Positions 27,171 to 37,664 of a stretch of 64,000 bases of DNA are shown one piece after another. Origin of the DNA: Cetorhinus maximus (taxonomy: Eukaryota); NCBI RefSeq assembly GCF_964194155.1, contig NC_135879.1, forward strand, positions 56,234,001 to 56,298,000, read 5' to 3'. Below the pieces are notes generated by a model. That model ran no database searches. It saw only the letters and a list, made by a program, of their open reading frames with translations, and was not told the DNA's origin. Numbering within the stretch: the stretch's first letter is position 1; the number at the start of each line of letters is the position of its first letter. Position numbers and translations under genes: made by a program.

Positions 27171-28199
27171 GGCCTGTTTGTAAGCATCGCTGAGCACAAA
27201 TTGGCTGGCAAATTGTAATTAATGCTTTATAGCCAAACAAGGTGAAAATCAGCTGAATGTTCTCAGAGACTGAAGAAAATTAGTAAAATGATGAGATTAT
27301 AGCGAGGAATCTGACTCAAAGGAGGCGATGTTGAGGTCGTATCCACTTTTTGTCAGACCGCAGCTGGAGTACTATGTTTAATGCTAGCCTCCATTTTACA
27401 CAAAAGATGTAGAAAATTACTGGAGTAAATTTGAAGAATAGGAGGCTGATTGTTGAACGTAGAAAACCAAGTTATGAAGAAAAAGATTATTTCTTCAATA
27501 GTAACTTTTGCCTGTCAAGTTAAGTTTTTTTAAGAAGGCTGGAAATGTTGGTTTCAGTTTCATTTCCAGTGATAAGCAGAGGCTGCAAGCTGTCTTTTTG
27601 TCCACTCAATCTATGGCTTTGCATAGCAACTCCTCAGAGAGCATTGTTACAGAATTTGGTCAAGATGAAGCCTTGATAAGGTGTAAGAGAAGACTTCACT
27701 TTAAAGAAAGTGAGGTGGAATTGGTTTAAAAAAGACAGAAAACCATGTTTTTTTCAAAAAAAAAACAGCTGGATAAATTCTTTGTAACGGTCATTCACTC
27801 CACTAATGTAACCTGATGAGCAATTTGGAAGGATAGGCTGCATTAACCAATAGGCTTCTACTCAAAACTATTGAGTGTCTTCTCTCACATGGGGTGACCT
27901 CTCTCAGACAAGGTGTTAAACAAAGACCATGTCTGCTCTCTCTGGTGGACATAAACGATGGGTTAAACTGTACATTCGGCACCTATCGTGCCCTTGGGAA
28001 ATTCCAAATTATTTCACAACCAATCTGTAGTACGTTTGTTTTGCAGACATTATTTGAAGATCAGCAGGGGAGATCTCCCAGTGCCATCGGCAACATTTAT
28101 ACCTCTACCAATATCACTATAAAACTATTTAATTGGTCATTTATCTGATTGCTGTTTTGTTAGTCCTTGATTTGTACAATTTGGATACCATGGGCTTTT

Positions 28200-28945
28200 A
28201 CAGTCCCTAGTATGGCATGTTTTTGGTTGATTGTTGGGGGCAGGCGGGCGGGGTGGCTTGTAAAATATGACAGGTGGCTAGCCCACCGCCTTCCTGCTGA
28301 CCCCCCAACCAGGTTCCCATAAAACACTAGGCGGGTGTATGGCAAAATTGGCAGCCGACCTGCCATTTCTAAATAAATAATTCACGGACAATTGAGCTTG
28401 TTAGCAAGCCAACTGACCCAAATAATGCACTGCCCATGCCCATAAAATGGTTGGCATGGGCAGACAGGCAAGATTCAGGCGGCCGTTTTATAAATAACTT
28501 TGTGGAAAAGGTGGGAAGGGGAATGCCTGTGTGATCAGAGACATCCCCCCCACCCAATCTACTACTGCCCCTTTGTTCCTCCCTGCCTGGCCTTCAAAAC
28601 CCACTCTCCCCCCACTCCCCAGCTCCTCGATCCCCTCCCGCCCTAAAAGCCTGGGACTTATCTTAGTCCAAGGTCCATTAATTCCCCCCACCCCCATAGA
28701 GGGCCACCCTGCAGTCCCAGCAGTGCCCGCTACTGAGCTCTGGCATTGTAGGACTGCTAGTGCTGTCGGCTGGAAGTTCTTGAGGGCAGGACTTCCTCCA
28801 TCTGCGAAGTGGAGGTCTGTCCTTCACCTTTGCTGCGGGGTGGCCTTATTGAATGTTGGCCAGTGCGGCATCAACTTTCCTTCGGGTGGGGTGGGGAGGA
28901 CAGCAATACAACCCTCCCCACCCCCAGGTAAAATTCAGTCCCATT
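28200..28945. mobile_element. GC-rich MITE-like repeat
   Basis: GC-rich block ending GTAAAATTCAGTCCC, similar to the Harbinger-type MITE termini; left TIR is decayed. Confidence 0.45.
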
Positions 28946-29064
28946 TTCCCTTTATTACACTGATCTTTCAGGAAAATTAACAGCATGTCAGCGCCACTGT
29001 TACTAATGTGCAATTCGGCCAGTGAGTTCAGGGGACTGAGAGATACATCATGAGTTCAAAAAAT

Positions 29065-29670
29065 CACCAAAACATAGAAACAAGTGCAGGCCATTAAGCC
29101 CCTAGAGTCTGTTCCACTATTCAATATGATTATAGCAGAAGAGTATCTTATCTCCATTCACCCACCTTGGCTCCTCAACTCCTTAATACACATGGCTAGC
29201 AAAAATGATAATTCTCAGATTTAAACTTAGTCACTGAGCTAGCAACTGCTACTTTTTGAGTAAGAGGGTTTGATACTTCTACCATTCTTTGCATGAAGAA
29301 GTATTTCCTAATTTTTTTTCTTGTGAATGGTCATTGTCTGATTCTAAGGATACGTCTGCTTTTATTAGACTCCCCCACCAGCACAAAAAGTTATCCATCA
29401 ATGCTATAAATTCCTCTCAAAACCCTAAAATTAACAATTAAATGACCCCATAAAATCCTATATTCCAGCAGATACACGAGTAGTTCATCTAACCACTCTT
29501 CATGATCTAATTCTTGGAGCACTAATAACATTCCAGTGAATCTGTGCTATGCTCCCTCTAGGGCCAATATATCTTTCCTGAGGTGCACTACTCAGAATTA
29601 TGCACAGTTCTCCATATGTAATCTAACTAGGGCTTTGTATGACTGCAGCAAAATTTCCTCCACTTTAATG
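29065..29670 (-). mobile_element. Decayed CR1 3' fragment
   Basis: CR1 tail AACATAGAAACAAGTGCAGGCCATTAAGCCC and collinear ORF2 end. Confidence 0.65.
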
Positions 29671-30601
29671 ACCAATCATTTTTAATGCGATGCACACGAC
29701 CTTTCTGACCCAAAATGGGAGCAACTTAAGCTCTTAAATCTCATTCTTGCACTTAGTCAATAGTTATACTTTTGAAAATGTCAAATTTAAAAATCAACAT
29801 TTTTACTCTGTTCTTTGCAAACCAATCCTTCTATTTCTCATTTTGTACCTGATCTGATTTGAATTCACACTCCTTCAGCATCATTCCCTTCTAACTCCTT
29901 AAATATCATTGGTTAAGGATATACAACATTGGTGCCATCATTCACTAAGGTCCCAGATATATGTTTTTGCCCTCATCACACCATTACAAGATCAAACTTC
30001 CAACAACTTACAGCGCAAAATTTTGTGCAAAAGGATGCAGAAAAATGTCTAAACAATGGAACACACCATGAGGTGCTCGAAAACAAATGCTTAATTACAC
30101 TTCAGAAGCTCTTCACAGACTGTGAAGCACTTTACGGCATCCTGAGTTTGTGAAAGGCACTAAATAAATGTAAGTTCTTTGTTTCAAACATTTACACAGA
30201 GTATTTCAAACCTGAATATAAATACACTTTCACATTATTTGGCTAAAAATTACCTTTAAAAATGTTAAAAAGTAGAAAGCAAGTTATGACATTCATGATA
30301 TGCGGAAACATTGCAATAGAAAGTCACAAACAATAATCTCATCACTAACATATTTTAATATCATATAAATTATTTAAATTTGTTTAGCTCGAGTAGATTA
30401 CCAACGAGCAACCAACACCTTTCGTGTTCTGGAGAAATCCTAATGCACAACGTGATCAGCTTTTTTTGTTGGCAGGAGTGGCGCAAGGCAACTGAGAAAA
30501 TAACATAAACAGTTTACGGAAGTCTTGGTTGTATGTCACACATGTCTTATTTAATTATACAACGTGAAAAAACAATGTTTTGATTACTTAAACGTGCGAA
30601 C

Positions 30602-30772
30602 CTGTTCAGAAACAGCTCTGAAGAGACAAGATCCATCCTTCGCAATTCTTTTCCGATACAGACCCTGGTTTTTCAAGTATTCGTCCAGCAGAAGTTCGCC
30701 GGGATGGCTGGTGTTGCAGCGCTCCGAGGCCTCGTAGCCTTTGCCTTTACCGGCAGCACCGCCCTTCTCCAT
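30602..30772 (-). CDS. OTUD4: OTUD4 coding exon 1 (MEKGG...DEYLKNQGLYRKRIAKDGSCLFRAVSEQ), OTU domain with catalytic Cys loop
   Basis: ATG at 30772 in GAGATGG context, with an in-frame stop upstream. 171 nt, ending CAG|GTTCGC. The KDGSCLFRAV motif matches the OTUD4 N-terminus as I recall it. Confidence 0.93.
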
Positions 30773-31060
30773 CTCAAGTGGCCGCCTCACCCCTGATGTG
30801 CGAGCACATGGTTATATTGACTCGATAACAGCGCGTTCGGCTCCGGGACAAAATTCCAACCCTCGAAATCCGATTGTCCTGGAGCGAGAGCCCGACTCCG
30901 TGCGGCCATTTGTTTTGACAGGGTGCATTCTGGGTGATGTAGTCCTCCCTCGGCTGCGCTCTCGCCCTCCTACGCAGGCGCCGGCCCACCAAAGGACTAT
31001 AGAACCCACAACGCAACGCGAAGACGCTCGACGGAAGCTGACGAAACGAAAAGCGAAAGC
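30690..31060 (-). promoter_or_regulatory. CpG-island promoter / 5' UTR of OTUD4
   Basis: GC- and CpG-rich stretch around exon 1. Two ACTAC/TA..CCCA..ATGC-like motifs (30924-30944, 30995-31020), a GGCCATTT YY1-like site (~30904) and a CGGAAG ETS-like site (~31032). Confidence 0.8.
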
Positions 31061-31573
31061 TATTCCTCTATAAACAGAAAGAGGAAGTATTTGAGTAGGG
31101 CAGTGTTTAATGCGAGAGGTTATGTCGGAGCTAAATGTTAAGCTTGAAGCTTTTAATCGATTATAAACCTGCCGAACCACGAGACTGTGGTTTTTAAAGG
31201 CAATTGTTTATCAGACAAAATTTGACACCGAGCCATATAAGGAGCTGTTAGCACAGGCGATCAAAAACTTAGTCATGGAGGTGGGTTCCAAAGACTCATT
31301 TAAAGGACGAGAGCGAGGTTTAGGTAGGGAACTTCAGAACTTAGCGCATCGGCAGTTAAAGGCGTGGCCTCTAATGGTGAAGCTTTGGAAATTGGGGATG
31401 CACAATAGGCCAACATTCGGGGAATGCTGAGTTCTTAGAGGGTTGTAGGGCTGTTGGAAGAGGTTGCAAAAAAAGGGAATGGACAAGGTCATGGAAGGAT
31501 TTAAACAGATGAAAATTTTAAAGTCGAGTTATCATCAATCACGGGAGCCATAGTAGGTCAGGAAGTACAGGGT

Positions 31574-31710
31574 AAAAGCAAAATAATGCAGATGCTGGAA
31601 ATCTGAAACAAAAACAGAAAATGCTGAAAAAAACTCAGCAGGTCTAACAGCATCTGTGGAGAGAAAAACAGAGTTAACGTTTCGAGTCTGTATGATTCTT
31701 CAGAGCTCTG
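31574..31710 (-). mobile_element. 137-bp Penelope-terminus-derived insertion carrying a hammerhead-like motif
   Basis: Exact 14-bp TSD AGGAAGTACAGGGT (31560-31573, 31711-31724). Homologous to the PLE terminus at 31760-31860. Confidence 0.8.
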
Positions 31711-31754
31711 AGGAAGTACAGGGTGATGGGTTAGGATGCAGGCAACTTTTTTTT

Positions 31755-33470
31755 TAATAAGAATAAAAATACCTGGAAAAACTCAGCAGGTCTGGCAGCA
31801 TTTGCGGAGAGGAACACAGTTAATGTTTTGAGTCCGTATGACTGTTCAACAGAACTAAGTAAAAATAGGTGAAATATAAGCTGGTTTAAGGGGGGTGGGA
31901 CAAGTAGAGCTGGATAAAGGGCCAGTGATAGGTGGAGATAGCCAAAAGATGTCATTGACAAAAGGCCAAAGAGGTGTTGAAGGTGGTGATATTATCTAAG
32001 GAATGTGCTAATTAAGGGTGACAAGCAAGGTACAGATAGCCCTAGTGGGGGTGGGGTGAAGGAATCGAAAAAGGCTAAAAGGTAGAGATAAAACAATGGA
32101 TGGAAATACATTTAAAAATAATGGAAATAGGTGGGAAAAGAAAAATCTAGATAAATTATTGGAAAAAAAGGGGGGGGGTCGGAAAGGGGGTGGGAATGGA
32201 GGAGAGAGTTCATGATCTAAAATTGTTGAACTCAATATTCAGTCCGGAAGGCTGTAAAGTACCTAGTCGGAAGATGAGGTGCTGTTCCTCCAGTTTGCGT
32301 TGAGCTTCACTGGAGCAATGCAGCGGGCCTAGGACAGACATGTGGGCATGAGAGCAGGTAGAGTGTTGAAATGGCAAGCGACAGGGAGGTCTGGGTCATG
32401 CTTGCGGACTGACCGAAGTTGTTCTGCAAAGCGGTCACCCAGCCTGCGTTTGATCTCTCCAATGTAGAGGAAACTGCATTAGGAGCAACGAATGCAGTAG
32501 ACTAAATTGAGGGAAGTGCAAGTGAAATGCTGTTTCATTGAAAGGAGTGTTTGGGCCCTTGGACGGTGAGGAGAGGGGAAGTAAAGGGGCAGGTGTTGCA
32601 CCTTCTGCGGTTGCATGGGAAGGTGCTGTGGGAGGGGGTTGAGGTGTAGGGGGTGATGGAGGAGTGAACCAGGGTGTCCCGGAGGGAACGATCCCTGCGG
32701 AATGGCACTGGAGGGGTGAAGGGAAGATGTGTTTGGTGGTGGCATCATGCTGGAGTTGGCGGAAATGGTGGAGGATGATTCTTTGAATGCGGAGGCTGGT
32801 GGGGTGATAAATGAGGACAAGGGGGACCCTATCATGTTTCTGGGAGGGAGAGGAAGGTGTGAGGGCGGATGCGCGGGAGATGGGCCGGACACGGTTGAGG
32901 GCCCTGTCAACCACCGTGGGTGGAAGACCTCGGTTAAGGAAGAAGGAAGACATGTCAGAGGAACTGTTTTTGAAAGTGGCAACATCAGAACAGATGCGAC
33001 GGAGGCGAAGGAACTGAGAGAACGGGATGGAGTCCTTACAGGAAGCGGGGTGTGAGGAGCTGTAGTCGATGTAGCTGTGGGAGTCGGTAGGCTTGTAATG
33101 GATATTGGTGGACAGTCTATCACCAGAAATTGAGACAGAGGGGTCAAGGAAGGGAAGGGAAGTGTCAGAGATGGACCATGTGAAAATGATGGAGGGGTGG
33201 AAATTGGAAGCAAAATTAATAAATTTTTCCAGGTCCAGGAGAGAGTATGAAGCAGCACCGAAGTAATCATCGATGTACCGGAGAAAGAGTTGTGGGAGGG
33301 GGCCGGACTAGGACTGGAACAAGGAATATTCCATATACCCCATAAAGAGACAGGCATAACTGGGGCCTATGCGGGTACCCATAGCCACACCTTTTATTTG
33401 GAGGAAGTGAGAGGAGTTTAAGGAGAAATTGTTCAGTGTGAGAACATGTTCAGCCAGACGGAGGAGAGTC
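31755..33470 (-). mobile_element. Penelope-like retroelement (RT + GIY-YIG), 5'-truncated, disrupted
   Basis: Minus strand reads GVAMGTRIGPSYACLFMG...LFLRYIDDYF (RT) and HFTCTSLNLVYCIRCS (GIY-YIG region), with a stop codon and frameshifts. Confidence 0.9.
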
Positions 33471-34064
33471 TTTTAGTGTTTTTTTTGGTTGATTTATTTT
33501 AATTTTTGAAGTAGACCCAGAAAATTACATTTTGATACACTCAAGTTTCCAGAGGATGAAAGATGGAAGTCTTTCCAAAGGTGTATTGCCATATTTGAGT
33601 CTGGTGGAATCCAAAGTATGGATGAGGTTTTCAGCAGCAGATGAACTGAAGCAGGGGTAAAGATGAGAGATATTATGGAGGTGGAAATAGGTGGTCTTTG
33701 TCATGGTGAGGTTATGAGGCAGGAAACATAGCTCAGAGTAGAATAGGGCAACAATGTTGCGATCATACTACCAAATCTTGTCACAGTGGCCCTGGAGAAT
33801 GATGGAATTGGTGGGAACATAACATATTTGTGTTGGGACTAAAAACAATGGTTATGATCTTCCCAATATTTAATTGGAGGAAATAGCATTTCATCAAGGA
33901 CTTGATATCAGTCACGGATAATGACAAAACTAACGCAGTGGAGAGGTTGAGCTGGGTAATGGTGAGGTCGAGCTGGATGCTATCAGCATACAATTGGAAC
34001 CTGACATGTCTTCAGATGATGTCGCCAAGGGACAACAAGTAGATGCAAAATAAGATAGAGAGAG

Positions 34065-36535
34065 GAGGTACTAGCAGGTTTAGTGGCCTTAAAAGTGGAT
34101 AAATCCGCAGGCCCGGATGAGATGTATCCCAGGCTGTTGAGGGAAACAAGGGAAGAGATGTCGGGCCCTGGCAGTAATTTTTTAAATCCTCTCTGGCTAC
34201 AGGTGAGGTGCCAGAGGACTGGAGGACTGCTAACACTATCCCATTATTAAAAAAGGGAGGAAGGGATAGACCAGGAAATTACAGGCCAGTAAGTCTAACC
34301 TCAGTGGTGGGGAAGTTACTAGAAAGAATTCTGAGGGACAGATTATATCTGCACTTGGAGAGACACGGATTATTCAGGGATAGTCAGCATGGATTTGTTA
34401 AGGGAAGGTTGTATTTGACAAATTTGATCGAATTTTTTGAGGAGGTAACCAGGAGTGTTGGTGAGGACAATGCATTTGATGTGGTCTACATGGATTTTAG
34501 CAAGGCTTTTGATAAGGTCCCTCCTGTCAGACAGGTCAGGAAAGTAAGAGCCCATGGGATCCAAGGCAAAGTGGCATGTTGGATCCAAAATTGGCTGAGA
34601 GGTAGGAAGCAGAGGGTGATGGTAGAGGGGTGTTTCTGTGACTGGAAATCTGTTTCTAGTGGGGTTCCGCAGGGCTTGGTGCTGGGGCCCTTGCTGTTTG
34701 TGGTGTACATAAATGATTTGGACTTAAATGTAGGGGATATGATAAAGAAGTTTGCGGATACATGAAAATTGGTAGGATGGTAAATAGTTGAGGAGGATAG
34801 CCGTAAACTGCAGGAGGACTGGTCAGGTGGGCAGAGCAGTGGCAAATGGAATTCAACCAGGAAAAATGTGAGGTAATGCACTTGGGGAGGGCCAACAAGG
34901 CAAAGGATGACACTGTGAATGGTAGGACCCTGGAAAGTACTGAAGATCAGAGGGACCTTGCTGTGCATATCCACAGATCCCTGAGGGTAGCAGGGCAGGT
35001 AGATAATCACAGAATCACAGAGTGCAGAAGAGGCACTACGGCCCTTAGAGTCTGCACCAACACGTGAGAACCACCTGACCTACCTACCTAATCCCATTTA
35101 CTAGCACTTGGCCCATAGCCTTGAATGTTATGACGTGCCAAGTGCTCATCCAGGTACTTTTTAAAGGATGTGAGGCATCCCGCCTCCACCACCCTCCCAG
35201 GCAGTGCATTCCAGACCGTCACCACCCTCTGGGTAAAAAAGGTTTTCCTCACATCCCCCCTAAACCTCCTGCCCTTCACCTTGAACTTATGCCCCCTTGT
35301 GACTGACCCTTCAACTAAGGGGAACAGCTGCTCCCTATCCACCCTGTTCATGCCCCTCATAATCTTGTACACCTCGATCAGGTCGCCCCTCAGTCTTCTC
35401 TAATCCAATGAAAACAACCGAAGTCTATCCAACCTCTCTTCATAACTTAAATGTTTCATCCCAGACAACATCCTGGTGAATCTCCTCTGCACCCCTTCCA
35501 GTACAATCACATTCTTCTTATAATGTGGCGACCAGAACTGCACACAGTACTCCAGCTGTGGCCTCACCAAGGTTCTATAGAACTCCAACATGACCTCCCT
35601 ACTTTTGTAACCTATGCCTCGATTGATAAAGGCAAGTGTCCCATATGCCTTTTTCACCACCCCACTAACATGCCCTTTTGCCTTCAGAGATCTATGGGGA
35701 CACACGCCAAGGTCTCTTTGTTCCTCAGAACTTCCTAGTGCCGTGCCATTCATTGTCAAATTACTCCTTCCAAAGTGTATCACCTCACACTTTTCAGGGT
35801 TAAATTCCATCTGCCACTTATCTGCCCATTTGATCATCCCGTCAATATCTTCCTGTAGCCCAAGACACTCAACCTCACTGTTAACCACCCGACCAATCTT
35901 TGATAAGGTGGTTAAGAAGGCATATGGGATATTTGCATTTATTAGCCGAGGCATAGAATACAAGAGCAGAGAGGTTATGCTGAAACTGTATAAAACGCTA
36001 GTTAGGCTACAACTGGAGTACTGCATGTTGTTCTGGTCACCACATTATAGAAAGGATGTGATCGCACTGGAACGGGTGCAGAGGAGATTCACCAGGATGC
36101 TGCCTGGGTTGGAGGGCCTGAGCTGTGAGGAAAGATTGGATAGGCTAGGGTTGTTTTCCTTGGCGCAGCAAAGGTTGAGCGGGGACCTGATGGAGGTGTA
36201 TAAGATTATGAGGGGCATAGATAGGGTGGATAGGAAGGCAATTTTTCCATTAGTAGAGGGGTCAATAAACAGGGGGCATAGATTTATGGTAAGAGGGAGT
36301 TGAGGAGAAATTTTTTCACGCCAAGGGTGGTGGGAACCTGGAACTCACTGCCTGAAAGGGTAGTTGAGTCAGTAACTCTCGTAACATTTAATAAGTATTT
36401 AGATATTCATTTGCCTCCAGGGCTATGGGCCAAGTGCTGGAAAATGGGATTAGTGTAGTCAGATCTTTGTTGACCAGCATGGACACGATGGGCCAAATGG
36501 CCGCCTTCTGTGCTGTAAACGTCTATTACTCTAGG
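34065..36535 (+). mobile_element. CR1 LINE ORF2 3' half, host of a nested CR1
   Basis: Peptides NYRPVSLTSVVGK, YMDFSKAFDKV, GVPQGLVLGP and KFADT; resumes after 35901. Confidence 0.92.
35007..35901 (-). mobile_element. Nested antisense CR1 3' fragment
   Basis: GATAA duplicated at 35002-35006 and 35902-35906. Minus-strand peptides WQMEFNPEKCEVIHFG and FFTQRVVTVWNALP. Confidence 0.9.
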
Positions 36536-37664
36536 ATGTGGCCAAGGATAAATCCTTGGGGGAATCCAGAGGTGTGCACGAGTTACCCGTTCCTTGTGTC
36601 TTCACCATTTCTTCAACAGAACAACATCAACTGCAAATTTGGCAACAACTCTCCCACAGGAATATCCAAATGATATCACATTTAGTTTCCAAAACAAGAT
36701 GTTTGGAGAGTGCAACATGAATAGTAAGTGAAAAAGAAAATTCTCTATAGGTTATATAGCATTTTGTCTCATTTCTCTGCCTTTTCAATTCTGGGGCCAT
36801 AGCTAGTTCAAGGGGCTTATGATAGGGAGGAGTTCCTAGCTTCCTTGGAAAATTCTACTCTTGAAAAGCCTCAATGGAACTTGCATTTTCATTTGAGACC
36901 TTCTGAAGGTCAGCAGCCCTTAATTGACTAATTACAATGCAAGATAAGTGTCTTCATCTGGGGCAGAAGACTGAAATTTTTTTTTCTATGTCATTGGGCA
37001 CAGGGGTTCAGGGGATTTTAGAAGGTGAGTTTAGGGTGGGTGCCTCTGAGCACTTCTATAACTGCCAGAAGCCCATTCTGCCCATATAAATAACCCCATC
37101 ACAGGAAGTTGGGAGCATTCTGCAGCCTAAGATGTTTGTGTTGTCATACTTCGTGACTGATGCCCAGTTCTGGATGAACTGCAACTCCCTCCAATTAAAC
37201 ATTGGGAAGCCATAACCATTGTCTTTAGCCCACCACAAATTGTGTTGCCTCGCCACCAATTTCATCAACCTACCTGGCCGCTGTGTGAGGCTTTGGCAGA
37301 TTGATTGCAACATTGGTTTCCTGGAGCTCCATTGCCAGTGGAGTGAACTTCTTAGAATTTCAGGACCAGAGAATACAAAAACATAGAGGGAATGCTGAAA
37401 TTACGTAGAGTCGATAATATTTAGCCCAACTAGTCCGTACCAGTGTTTATGCTCCATATGAATCTCCATCCACTCCTCTTCTTCTAACCCTATCATCATA
37501 TCCTTCTATTCCTTTCTCATGCTTATCAGCCTTTCCCTAAAGTACATCTCTGTAATTTGCCACAACTACTTTGTCTGCAAATGAATCAGGGAGAATTGTG
37601 TAGTAGGATATTTCAAGAACATGCTGTAAAGTGAAAGTGCCTTCAGACTTAGCAGCAATACATT

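Larger units (their letters stand above)
31210..36575 (-). mobile_element. L2 LINE fragmented by nested insertions (pieces ~31210-31745, ~33560-34060, ~36537-36575)
   Basis: L2 motifs (YADSIQL, LQLNIGK) resume collinearly across the inserts. Confidence 0.65.

Noticed and set aside
30602-30772. ALG13 as the identity of the OTU gene
   Set aside because: FEAFIEGSF, EWVGQVEISALSLMY and CFSNGNHYD match OTUD4, and no glycosyltransferase exons precede the ATG.
32479-33357. 292-aa Pro/Ser-rich ORF
   Set aside because: Alternative frame of the Penelope-like element, not a host gene.
35400-36303. Overlapping 208-aa and 229-aa ORFs
   Set aside because: Chimeric read-throughs across the junction of two opposite-sense CR1 copies.
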